A DNA stretch of 64,000 bases from a virus (taxonomy: Duplodnaviria; Caudoviricetes). The position numbers and the translations under genes were made by a program. The notes under the pieces are model-generated. The model did not search any database and was not told where the DNA came from. It worked only from the letters and a program-made list of their open reading frames with translations. This document shows, piece after piece, positions 9,691 to 18,322 of the stretch (positions within the stretch are counted from its first letter, which is position 1; every line of letters begins with the position of its first letter). Location: positions 1 through 64,000 of the IMG/VR virus record IMGVR_UViG_3300047359_001782; one strand, written 5' to 3'.

Positions 9691-9814
9691 AAGATTGATG
9701 TGAATTTTTACTTAATATTTTTTTAAATTTTTTGGCAAGATATTCTTGTGCGTCCGACCAACCCTTATCATAACCTTTACGATAATTAATTTCTTCTGTC
9801 ATCTGCTCATTCAT
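9614..9814 (-). CDS. hypothetical protein with two GYDKG-like motifs
   Basis: 66 aa; similar to 6399..6596. Confidence 0.6.
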   Translation of the reverse strand: MNEQMTEEINYRKGYDKGWSDAQEYLAKKFKKILSKNSHQSYDKGYEDGANQKDNKPCVCGFWNKK

Positions 9815-10050
9815 TTTCTTTTTCCTTTATTTTCAAATTTTCTTTTCCAATATTTTCCGCACTCTCTTAAAGATAGATTTGAGTCTCTAATGTATTCAAG
9901 TGTGTCATTTATTAGTTGTATTTGCTGTTCTATTATTTTTGCTTTATGCTTCTCTTTTATTTGATCTAAAACATCTTGTATGAAATTAATATACGGGCAA
10001 GTATCTGGAGGAATTTCAGGTTCTTTGTCTTGAGGAAAATAACTACTCAT
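9811..10050 (-). CDS. hypothetical protein
   Basis: 79 aa with P.IPPDTCPYI motif. Confidence 0.6.
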   Translation of the reverse strand: MSSYFPQDKEPEIPPDTCPYINFIQDVLDQIKEKHKAKIIEQQIQLINDTLEYIRDSNLSLRECGKYWKRKFENKGKRK

Positions 10051-10202
10051 GTAATTTTCTTTTATTAACTACCTTCCATGTTTTCCCATCTTTATCAAGG
10101 TCTGAACTTAAAATCATTATTTTGCTATATAGGGGGTATAGAAAAGTAAAACAATTAAAGTATAAAAATTTACTAATTAAATCGCCGAAATAAAATAATA
10201 TT

Positions 10203-10484
10203 TTACTCAGAATCAATTTCATCTAATTTTGCTTTGATTGCGTCTTCACAGAGTTGATTGAATGTGATTCCTGATTCGTGTGCGAATTTCATATATTTTA
10301 AAAGTTCTTCATCATCAAACTCTAGCTCAACGCTTTCATATTTTACTTTGCGAATTAAAACTGCACCTTTTCTCTCTTCGAATTTTAAATCATCTCCTTC
10401 TTTCCACCCTAGCCTATTTAAGGTTTCTTCGGGTATGCGAAAAAATAATTCTCCATTATCTGTTTCTTTTAGTTCTATTTCCAT
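10203..10484 (-). CDS. AbrB/MazE-like DNA-binding protein
   Basis: FRIPEETLNRLGWKEGDDL swapped-hairpin signature, followed by a C-terminal helical segment. Confidence 0.65.
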   Translation of the reverse strand: MEIELKETDNGELFFRIPEETLNRLGWKEGDDLKFEERKGAVLIRKVKYESVELEFDDEELLKYMKFAHESGITFNQLCEDAIKAKLDEIDSE

Positions 10485-10487
10485 ATA

Positions 10488-10826
10488 TTAATCTTTTAAT
10501 GATTGTTTATATAAATCATCTTGAAATTTCTCTACTCTTTGTTTAACAAGTTCATCGGTTTCTTCTTCGCATTCTCTATACCAATCGTTTACTAATTTAT
10601 TTGAACCATTTAAATGACCTTGCATATTATCGTTTCTTTCATCTTTGGTAAACCATGTATATTCCGTATTGAACGCATCGTCTACATTGCTAGGATGAAA
10701 TCCTGCACAAACGAGTAAGCCTTTGAACATTTCTACCGCATCATGAATAGTTGAGCAATCGAATCCGAGTTCATCTTCAACGCTAAATACTTTATTATCT
10801 GTTGTAATTGATATTTTCATTTCCAA
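10488..10826 (-). CDS. hypothetical protein
   Basis: ~110-aa ORF. Confidence 0.6.
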   Translation of the reverse strand: MEMKISITTDNKVFSVEDELGFDCSTIHDAVEMFKGLLVCAGFHPSNVDDAFNTEYTWFTKDERNDNMQGHLNGSNKLVNDWYRECEEETDELVKQRVEKFQDDLYKQSLKD

Positions 10827-10994
10827 TCCTTTTCTAAAATATATTTTTTGTTTGCTTGATTCATTCTAAATGCTCTGTTTTTTACGCTGACTTCATATTC
10901 AGAAAGTTTTGCAGAACTAATTCTAGCATAAGAAGGTTTTAGCTCTGTGTTTATTAATATATAATTATTTATTTTTGTATTATCTTCGATCATT

Positions 10995-11312
10995 TTAATA
11001 TTTTATATTTACTCCCCCTTGTACATAATTAGGTTCTTTCTTTATCCAATCAGGTAGATCTAATCTTTTTACTTTAGCATATTCTCTAATAAAAAACTGA
11101 AATGCAATTTCATCGTCATTTATTTGAGCTTTTCTTATTTCTTCTAAATACATTTTTTCTTCTGTTTTGTATGCTTCGTCTAACGCAAGAATATAATCTA
11201 TTTCTTCTTGCATATCTGCGGAGCGAGATACTTTTGTATCTTCAGGTTTGAGTATAGCAGAATGATTGCATCCTGTCAATACTAAAATCAGTAATAAGCT
11301 AATCTTTTTCAT
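10995..11312 (-). CDS. putative lipoprotein
   Basis: MKK plus hydrophobic stretch plus lipobox LTGC. Confidence 0.65.
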   Translation of the reverse strand: MKKISLLLILVLTGCNHSAILKPEDTKVSRSADMQEEIDYILALDEAYKTEEKMYLEEIRKAQINDDEIAFQFFIREYAKVKRLDLPDWIKKEPNYVQGGVNIKY

Positions 11313-11430
11313 TTTTTAAATTTGTTGTCTATCCAAACCTTGTAAGTGTAAAGCGCCATTAACATAAAAGTTAATAATAAACCATCGCCCCAAGGCAAGT
11401 TCCATAGTTCTGTTATTTGATCCATATTAT

Positions 11431-11793
11431 TTAACTATTAAAAAGAATTATAGAGCAAAAACATAACAATGTCAAGGCAGGAATCATTTTAAATAAACTA
11501 TCTTTTGCTTGAAAGTGCATAAATACTGCCCCGATCATAAATATAGTAGTAAATGCCATGCAGGGCAATGTAATTGGATTCCATAGTATACCCAAAATTA
11601 AGAAAAAAGCAAAAATAGGCTTTACAATTCTCGAAAAATCATAAATGTAGTTCGGCAAGCCAGCTTCGGCAACCTCTTCTCTTAAGTTCAGAGCATTGCC
11701 AACTCTAAATTTAGAAGGTCGATGGGATCTGATTAACCAAACATATAAGATAGACACGCCAATTAAAAGTTGCAGTATTTTTAATATTTCCAT
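11431..11793 (-). CDS. DoxX-like membrane protein
   Basis: Four hydrophobic helices; L.EE....GLP and MIGAVFMH motifs. Confidence 0.6.
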   Translation of the reverse strand: MEILKILQLLIGVSILYVWLIRSHRPSKFRVGNALNLREEVAEAGLPNYIYDFSRIVKPIFAFFLILGILWNPITLPCMAFTTIFMIGAVFMHFQAKDSLFKMIPALTLLCFCSIILFNS

Positions 11794-11800
11794 AATTCTT

Positions 11801-12061
11801 TTATTTCGCCCATTTTTGAAATTCTCCGTTTTTTAACCCTAGCTCTCGCTCGGCTTCATTTGCTATGTTTTCTTTGATTGATATTTCGTGTTCTTGTGAT
11901 AAACAATTAAATAATTCAACAATATTTTTTCCTGTTTTATTTCTATACTCTTCTCCCGCAAGAAATAAATTTTCAGTAGTCATTAAAGTAAGGTCATCTA
12001 TTTTAATCAAAATATGATTTACTGCATCTGAACTTCCTCGTAATCCTAATTTTATTTTCAT
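11801..12061 (-). CDS. hypothetical protein
   Basis: 86-aa ORF. Confidence 0.6.
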   Translation of the reverse strand: MKIKLGLRGSSDAVNHILIKIDDLTLMTTENLFLAGEEYRNKTGKNIVELFNCLSQEHEISIKENIANEAERELGLKNGEFQKWAK

Positions 12062-12069
12062 AGTTTATT

Positions 12070-12255
12070 TTAAATATTTGCATGGAGAGTATCCATGACT
12101 AACTCCGATATAGCAGTAGTCGAACTACTTTCTAGTCTTTTTTGGTTGATCAGACAAGGTAGTTGAAGTTGTTTCGACAAGGATCGGGCGGAATTCAAGC
12201 CCTCACGAACTTGCTTTCGTGTCCAAACATTAAGAGGTGAACCTACATATTTCAT
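12070..12255 (-). CDS. hypothetical protein
   Basis: 61-aa ORF; promoter TTGACA-N17-TAAAAT-N6-ATG at 12262..12290. Confidence 0.65.
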   Translation of the reverse strand: MKYVGSPLNVWTRKQVREGLNSARSLSKQLQLPCLINQKRLESSSTTAISELVMDTLHANI

Positions 12256-12267
12256 GTAAACATTTTA

Positions 12268-12396
12268 CTATTTTTTCTTTTTGTTGTCAAGCTTTTTCCA
12301 ATTTATTTTAGAATAATTATCTCTAAAATCTTTTGAGGTATTATTGCGAGGTGCAGAACCTTTGCCGTTTTGATTATTTGAAATTTTCTTTGTCAT
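12268..12396 (-). CDS. small basic protein (42 aa, not in ORF track)
   Basis: MTKKISNNQNGKGSAPRNNTSKDFRDNYSKINWKK...; ATGA-coupled to a 25-aa hydrophobic ORF at 12393..12470. Confidence 0.55.
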   Translation of the reverse strand: MTKKISNNQNGKGSAPRNNTSKDFRDNYSKINWKKLDNKKKK

Positions 12397-12526
12397 AATT
12401 CTATCATTAATAAACAACTAAATGCTATTATAGCTAATATTATTAAAAAATTTATTATATAATTAATCATTGATATAGTATAGCAAATAAAAATAGCTTT
12501 GTCAATAATTAAGTGTAAATATGTTT

Positions 12527-13360
12527 ATGGTAGACCAACCAAAATTTGATGACTTAGGGGATATAGTCCCTCACAGGAATTTTACTATACCATTTAATTA
12601 TGTTTGGGATCAAACTATATCAAGATGGGTTCCAATGACAAGTGGCGGTTCCTATGCAGGAGGAATAACTGCTCAAGCAAGCGATTTTGTTCATAAATTT
12701 GGTAGCAATCCAAGTATCAAAAATAGTGGGTTATCAGTCAGTAGCCCCGAAACAATTTGGGATGGATCAAATGAATATATTTTTCCAAGTGATAGTGGAG
12801 AGATTATGGAAATTGTGTCATCCGATGGGTCAGATACTCAAGATGTGGTTATTCAAGGTTTAGATGAAAATTTCTTGGAAAAAACTTGGACGAGCACACT
12901 CACAGGTTCAACTCCTGTTAATATAGGGACTTGGACACGCATATTTCGAGCGTATAACGATGGAAATGTCGATTTCGCGGGAAACATAACAATCAATGAA
13001 GTTGGGGGTTCAATTGATTATGTTAAAATTCTTGATGGCAATAATCAAACGCTCATGTGCGTATATACAGTTCCTGCTGATAAAATTGGTTATTTAACTA
13101 AATATAGTTTATCCGCTCAAAAACCAAGTTCAAGTAGTATAAATTTTACTGCTCAAATAAGGACACGCGAATTTGGTAAAGTGTTTCGAGTACGCGAAAT
13201 TGTATCTTTTGGAACAGATCACGATACGCAAAGAAGCCTTGACTTTCCAACTAAGCTACAACCAAAAACAGATATAATATTTAATATTGTAGATTCAGAC
13301 GGAAACAATGGTGCAGTTAATGCTGATTTTGATATTGCATTGCATGATTTTATCTCATAG
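12527..13360 (+). CDS. hypothetical, possibly virion-associated beta-rich protein
   Basis: KFG.NP...ETIW and QGLDEN motifs; GTGTA-N9-ATG places the start at 12527. Confidence 0.6.
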   Translation: MVDQPKFDDLGDIVPHRNFTIPFNYVWDQTISRWVPMTSGGSYAGGITAQASDFVHKFGSNPSIKNSGLSVSSPETIWDGSNEYIFPSDSGEIMEIVSSDGSDTQDVVIQGLDENFLEKTWTSTLTGSTPVNIGTWTRIFRAYNDGNVDFAGNITINEVGGSIDYVKILDGNNQTLMCVYTVPADKIGYLTKYSLSAQKPSSSSINFTAQIRTREFGKVFRVREIVSFGTDHDTQRSLDFPTKLQPKTDIIFNIVDSDGNNGAVNADFDIALHDFIS

Positions 13361-14372
13361 TTTTTTGGGATAAATTATCTCTCAATAAGCGAATAGCTTT
13401 GTCTTTGTGTTTAACTTCGCATTCCCACTTAATTGGTTGATCTTTACGAACGCAAAAAGTTGGAGGTGCAGACTTGTAGGAAAAGTAATCTGCATGGGCT
13501 CGCGGTTTATCTGCTCTACCTTCACTCCAATGAAAAACAGGACTACATTCTTCTGCCCATGTATATGCACATCTTTCGGTTTGCCATCTCACATTATTTA
13601 CTTCAGATGGATTGCAAATATCATGTAGGTTGTCGTAGCAAACAGGTATATTTAGCCGATACTTCTTGAAGATATATTCACTGAATTTAAGGATATTGTC
13701 TACATTCCAAAAACCTTTGTCTTCGTTTTCTATCGTTAGTCTCTTGAATACTCCTTCATTGCAACGCATTAGGTTATTATAAAAGCGTTCTGCAATTTCT
13801 TTAATGCGAATATTATTTATTGAATCAGGATCACTATCGCTTTTTATTTCGGGCGGTGTTGCATTAATATGAATATTCATTGGTGCAGAGTGATCTTGCG
13901 GTAAACCTAGTTTATCAAGAATGCTCGCTTGAAAATTTAATTCTTTAATTGTTTGATTTACTGATCTTTCATTTGTGGATGCAAGAACATTAAATTGATC
14001 GGGATGAGAGCCGATTGATATTTTAAAAGTTAGTGCGATTAGCCCTGCGAATCTTAATTCTTCTTCGATTCTGACTTTATGAGGAAGTTCTTCCATAGAA
14101 ATTCCCAGAGTCGGATCGGTAAGGAGAGGAAAAAGAGCAGAACTAAGACGATAATGCCTAATATTTGAGGAATGACAATGATTGATAATATATTGAGTAA
14201 CACTAACATTGTGCAAAATTCTCTCAGATAATTGAAAAATAGCTTCATCTCTACCTTCTGAGGTACACAAATCATTGAAACGCTTGCGGGTCATTGTTCG
14301 AAATGAATATTTCTTTTTGTCTTTATCTTTTAGCTCTTCGCTTATACAAGTAAGTCCTAGTATTGTTGTCAT
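13350..14372 (-). CDS. uvsE: UV damage endonuclease
   Basis: YRLSSALFP, HPDQFNVL, NIH, RLTIENED, DNLH, FHWSE, RAHAD, ECEVK.KD; promoter at 14380..14408. Confidence 0.9.
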   Translation of the reverse strand: MTTILGLTCISEELKDKDKKKYSFRTMTRKRFNDLCTSEGRDEAIFQLSERILHNVSVTQYIINHCHSSNIRHYRLSSALFPLLTDPTLGISMEELPHKVRIEEELRFAGLIALTFKISIGSHPDQFNVLASTNERSVNQTIKELNFQASILDKLGLPQDHSAPMNIHINATPPEIKSDSDPDSINNIRIKEIAERFYNNLMRCNEGVFKRLTIENEDKGFWNVDNILKFSEYIFKKYRLNIPVCYDNLHDICNPSEVNNVRWQTERCAYTWAEECSPVFHWSEGRADKPRAHADYFSYKSAPPTFCVRKDQPIKWECEVKHKDKAIRLLRDNLSQKTMR

Positions 14373-14404
14373 GCCAAGTAGTTTATCAACTTAACCACTG
14401 AATG

Positions 14405-14527
14405 TCAAGGAGTTTTTGAATTTATTGTTTGAACTTCAACTATTTCATCTGCGGGTTGAATGGGTTTAAAGTAAATTACTGTTTTATTTAAACAACAACT
14501 CATAAGTGATGCTATTATTATTTCCAT
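14405..14527 (-). CDS. small hypothetical protein (40 aa, not in ORF track)
   Basis: MEIIIASLMSCCLNK...; promoter TTGACA-N17-TATACT-N6-ATG at 14534..14562. Confidence 0.5.
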   Translation of the reverse strand: MEIIIASLMSCCLNKTVIYFKPIQPADEIVEVQTINSKTP

Positions 14528-14620
14528 ATGAATAGTATAGCAAAATATAATTTAATTGTCAAGTATATTTTTGAATTGCTTCTGCTATGTATCCGTTTTT
14601 GCCTAATATAATGTGCATTA

Positions 14621-15247
14621 TTATTTCTCTAAAATTATTCTCATTAATACAGGGTTGTCGTCTTTGTAAATAGATAAATTATCTTGCTCATTGAAATAAA
14701 TCAATTTAAACCCAAGAGATAGAACTGCATTTAAAAACTTTTGTGAATCTACGAATCTGCGAGTATGTCCATCATTAAAATATGTTGTGTCACATACATG
14801 TTTACCAACTCCAAATTTTGGATCTTTTGTTGTGCGAACTTCGATGCAGAACAAGCCCCCTGAGTTTAAATAATTATAAACTTTAGGCAATAATTCTTCC
14901 TGGTCTTCCTCTGTTATTGAATGAATTGTGAATCTAGAATAAAAAACATCTGCTTTTTCACTAAAATTATATTCATCGTAAACAAAATCTTGTTCTATTA
15001 ACTTTAATGATGGCAATCTGTTTCTATTTATAACTTGATCGTCGATACTTTGATCTATGCCATATACTAAATGATTTCTCGCAAAATGTTTAGCGTCTCT
15101 AGCGTTACCGCAGCCAAGATCTGTGATTGTTTTTGGTTCTTTGTTTAAAAAATTATCACAGCAAAAACTTGCAAATGTACTGCATTCACGAATATCATCT
15201 CTATTTGAGTAGTTCCTATAAAATTTATCCCAATATTGTTTGTCCAT
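14621..15247 (-). CDS. class I SAM-dependent methyltransferase
   Basis: DLGCGNARD motif I, GIDQS, YSRFTIH, GGLFCIE. Confidence 0.85.
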   Translation of the reverse strand: MDKQYWDKFYRNYSNRDDIRECSTFASFCCDNFLNKEPKTITDLGCGNARDAKHFARNHLVYGIDQSIDDQVINRNRLPSLKLIEQDFVYDEYNFSEKADVFYSRFTIHSITEEDQEELLPKVYNYLNSGGLFCIEVRTTKDPKFGVGKHVCDTTYFNDGHTRRFVDSQKFLNAVLSLGFKLIYFNEQDNLSIYKDDNPVLMRIILEK

Positions 15248-15249
15248 TT

Positions 15250-15759
15250 TTAAACATCAAGCCCCATTTCGCAACTTTTGCTTTGTGGAATTTCCCAATC
15301 TTTACCATACATAGAGATTATTTTTTGCAAATAACCATTTGGAAGATTTAAGATAGTCAACCGCCATTCTTTAGTTATGAAAGGTTTAGATTCGCTCGCA
15401 TTAACTCTGTGCCAAGGCGTATAAAAATCTCCAGATTCGTTGACATTGCACATATAAAAATCAATAGATCCATACTTGTCGCACGGCTCTGTTTTTAAAA
15501 TTGTATCTGGGTTTTTAATTCCATATTTAGAAGTAAAAATAAAACCTTCTTTCTCAAAACATGATCGTAATTTTTGATAATCACAATTAATCATAATATC
15601 CAAATCATCGTCTCCTTCTATGCAGCTATCTTCTCGAATAATTCCAAGTAATGTACCAAAAAATACAAACCAATCATTTATATTCTCTTTATGTAAAATA
15701 TTCGCTACAACTTCTAGTGTGCGATTTAATTTTTCTTTATCTGTGTGTATTCCTGCCAT
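15250..15759 (-). CDS. LicD-family nucleotidyltransferase-fold phosphotransferase
   Basis: FGTLLGIIRE...DDDLDI, IDFY, YL..MYG.DW..P. Confidence 0.8.
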   Translation of the reverse strand: MAGIHTDKEKLNRTLEVVANILHKENINDWFVFFGTLLGIIREDSCIEGDDDLDIMINCDYQKLRSCFEKEGFIFTSKYGIKNPDTILKTEPCDKYGSIDFYMCNVNESGDFYTPWHRVNASESKPFITKEWRLTILNLPNGYLQKIISMYGKDWEIPQSKSCEMGLDV

Positions 15760-15761
15760 AA

Positions 15762-16058
15762 TTATTCTAAATCCTTTAATATATTTTCTAATTCTTCAAA
15801 TGCAACTTCTTCCCCTTCGCTATAATCTTCACATGGTGAAGAGAATTTTATTTTATCTATTTCTAATATTTCTTTGCCATCAATAATATGTTTATTTACA
15901 TCGTGAATCATTAATTCTAAAGTATCAAGTAAATCTTTTGGGTCTTCGCCAACAATTTCAGGTTCTTCGCTATGAGCAAATATTTCTCCATCGTCATTAT
16001 ACATGACTTCATAAAGACCATACGCATCTTTATCTTTAATTATTCTATAATTCCACAT
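15762..16058 (-). CDS. hypothetical phage protein (WNYR motif)
   Basis: 98 aa; GTGTA-N9-ATG upstream (16068..16072). Confidence 0.65.
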   Translation of the reverse strand: MWNYRIIKDKDAYGLYEVMYNDDGEIFAHSEEPEIVGEDPKDLLDTLELMIHDVNKHIIDGKEILEIDKIKFSSPCEDYSEGEEVAFEELENILKDLE

Positions 16059-16073
16059 GATTTAAAATACACT

Positions 16074-16670
16074 TTATAGTTGAATCCATTCTTCAAAATT
16101 AGCTAATTCTCTTGTTTGTGCCTCACATTTCGGTATTGCTTGATTAACTATTATATCTGTTAGATCTTTATCTGCAACGAGTTTATTTTCAAATGTATCG
16201 AAAAATAATTCAAACGCCGCGACTCTTTTTTTAGGGAATGTAAATTCCTTACCTTTGGTTACGATGCCCCGTTTAAGCCAAGCGATAGGATGCTTATTGC
16301 TTTTGTTTGCGTTGCAAGACTTGCAAGAAGGAATGATGTTTCCTTGATGCTCTAAACCAAACATAGGGGGGTCAAATAATCTTCCATTCGTTGGCATAAA
16401 GTGATCCATATCTCTTTGATCCTTAACTCCACAATACCAACATTTATTGGGTTTAATTATATTTGAAAATATTTTTAACTTAGTTGATTCATCTTCATCT
16501 GTCCAAGAGGCAGATTGAAAGTATGCAAGTAAATCTTTTATTAAGCCGTTGAGCATACTATGCCCTCGAAATAAAGTATTTCCATTGTGTCTTTTTTCTA
16601 CTCTTTTTGACATTTGTTTGAATAAGTTCCTAATCCGCAAGTGGCTGCGAAAAGAAATTGAAATAAACAT
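16074..16670 (-). CDS. HNH endonuclease
   Basis: CWYCG...DHFMP...NIIPSCKSCNANK; true start probably the internal MSKRV. Confidence 0.8.
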   Translation of the reverse strand: MFISISFRSHLRIRNLFKQMSKRVEKRHNGNTLFRGHSMLNGLIKDLLAYFQSASWTDEDESTKLKIFSNIIKPNKCWYCGVKDQRDMDHFMPTNGRLFDPPMFGLEHQGNIIPSCKSCNANKSNKHPIAWLKRGIVTKGKEFTFPKKRVAAFELFFDTFENKLVADKDLTDIIVNQAIPKCEAQTRELANFEEWIQL

Positions 16671-16770
16671 AAATAACTTGGTATTAATGCTAATTTTATA
16701 GCTAAAAACATATTAATTACGCAAAATATAATGCATACTTTGCCTAAAGCGTTTACATTTCTCCAAGGTC

Positions 16771-17076
16771 TCAATCTATTAATCCGTGGTTGCGCTTGTC
16801 TTCTTCCGACCATTCACCCCAATCAAAATCTTCATCCATCATATTATTGCCGAATTCATCTATGGAGTGTCCTTTTGGCATGAGTAATTGTATGTAATCT
16901 AAAACTTTCTTGCCGACTTCGTCGTGAACAGGAGAAAAACTATAAGTCGTCATATCTAAATCACTACCATATCCAAACTCAATTTTAATATGACAATCAT
17001 CAATTACTTGTTTATTTGTGATTGGGCAAGCCGAGTCAATGTCTTTGTCGTAAAATGGATCTTTTTCTTTTGTCAT
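16771..17076 (-). CDS. hypothetical protein
   Basis: 101 aa; promoter TTGACT-N17-TAATAT-N6-ATG at 17083..17111. Confidence 0.65.
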   Translation of the reverse strand: MTKEKDPFYDKDIDSACPITNKQVIDDCHIKIEFGYGSDLDMTTYSFSPVHDEVGKKVLDYIQLLMPKGHSIDEFGNNMMDEDFDWGEWSEEDKRNHGLID

Positions 17077-17118
17077 GCAATAATATTACCATACAACGCA
17101 AGATAAGTCAAGACAAAA

Positions 17119-17211
17119 TGGCGGAGAGAACAGGATTCGAACCTGCGGAAGGGTAATATCCCTTCAATGGTTTAGCAAACCACCGCCTTAAACCAGCTCA
17201 GCCATCTCTCC
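17119..17211 (-). tRNA. tRNA-Ser(GCT)
   Basis: GGAGAGA/TCTCTCC-type acceptor stem with G discriminator and encoded CCA; anticodon arm GTGGT-TTGCTAA-ACCAT; long variable arm; GGTTCGAATCC T-loop. Confidence 0.95.
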
Positions 17212-17222
17212 TTGTTAAAGGA

Positions 17223-17426
17223 TTATAACTTTTCGTCTCCAGCTTTCCAATTCATGCACCATTTATAACTTTGTACATTAACTATTTTATCTTTGTTTTC
17301 TTCGTCTAATAAATTAGAAGCTGATCGAAGGTTTGTTTGAAGCGTGTCTATTAATACATACAAATCTTGAATTTGTCTGTCGCGTTTTATTATTTCAAAT
17401 TGAAGTTGTTTTTCATTCATGAGCAA
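17223..17426 (-). CDS. hypothetical protein
   Basis: ~65-aa ORF. Confidence 0.55.
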   Translation of the reverse strand: MLMNEKQLQFEIIKRDRQIQDLYVLIDTLQTNLRSASNLLDEENKDKIVNVQSYKWCMNWKAGDEKL

Positions 17427-17595
17427 TACTAGGTTTATCTAGTATACACTCTTTTTCGTCATAAATTTCAGATAAGCTCTGCTTTGCTTTCTCAAAAATC
17501 TCAGGATGATTCTTTGCGCACCATTCCAAAATCCATTCTTGGGTATAAGCTTCTATCCATTCTTCTTTTGAAATATCTAGCTTATAATTGTTCAT
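17413..17595 (-). CDS. hypothetical protein
   Basis: 60-aa ORF with ATGA-type packing. Confidence 0.55.
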   Translation of the reverse strand: MNNYKLDISKEEWIEAYTQEWILEWCAKNHPEIFEKAKQSLSEIYDEKECILDKPSIAHE

Positions 17596-17852
17596 TTATA
17601 CCTTCTTTCTTTATTACAGGGATGATTCTCCATTTCCCTTAAAGCTTGGCGCAGAACATCTTTTTGCGATAAGATTCTTAATTTAGCTTCTGGATTAGAA
17701 AGTTTCTTATGTTGTTTCTCTAATTTCTCCAAGTGTCCACGAATAATTGAACGATCAAATTGACCTTTATAACTCCATCCAAGATCAAATCCGCGATTCA
17801 ATCCTTTTTGATGAGCTTCTTCAAATTCATTTGCTATACCATCGTCAAACAT
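17592..17852 (-). CDS. hypothetical protein
   Basis: 86 aa; promoter TTGACA-N17-TATGAT-N6-ATG at 17859..17887. Confidence 0.65.
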   Translation of the reverse strand: MFDDGIANEFEEAHQKGLNRGFDLGWSYKGQFDRSIIRGHLEKLEKQHKKLSNPEAKLRILSQKDVLRQALREMENHPCNKERRYK

Positions 17853-17939
17853 GATTTTATCATATCATTTACGGAATAGTATGTCAAGAAAATTTATCAA
17901 ACCTGCATAAATAGCGGTTTTCGGGGTGTATATATATGT

Positions 17940-18299
17940 ATGCTAAAAAGAAAAGAGCGTCAAATGGTGCTTGATTATTTGTATCAAGAATGCGTTGTGG
18001 CTTCACAAGTTCCGTCAGAAATTTTGAAGAGGACAGGATGTATGTTAGAGGCAAAAATGAAATACGAAGGTATGTCTACAAAAGGAAGAATTGAAATTTA
18101 TAGCCAATTACTAGAAAAAGAAATAATAAATTATTTAATTGATAATATTAATCATTCTTTAGTTTTAGATTGGGTGAATGGATCTCCCGAAAAAAGAGAA
18201 ATGAGGATAAATGAATATGCGCAAAATCAATATCGTTTATTGTCTAAGGCTGAAAAAATAGCGATATGTGAAAAATTAAAATTAACTTATTTAACTTAA
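17940..18299 (+). CDS. hypothetical protein
   Basis: 119 aa; GTGTA-N9-ATG upstream (17926..17930). Confidence 0.65.
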   Translation: MLKRKERQMVLDYLYQECVVASQVPSEILKRTGCMLEAKMKYEGMSTKGRIEIYSQLLEKEIINYLIDNINHSLVLDWVNGSPEKREMRINEYAQNQYRLLSKAEKIAICEKLKLTYLT

Positions 18300-18322
18300 T
18301 CGAAATTGTGTACTAAAAAAAT

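Noticed and set aside
16074-16670. HNH gene as part of an intron or intein
   Set aside because: It appears free-standing; no interrupted host gene or group I intron core was recognisable around it
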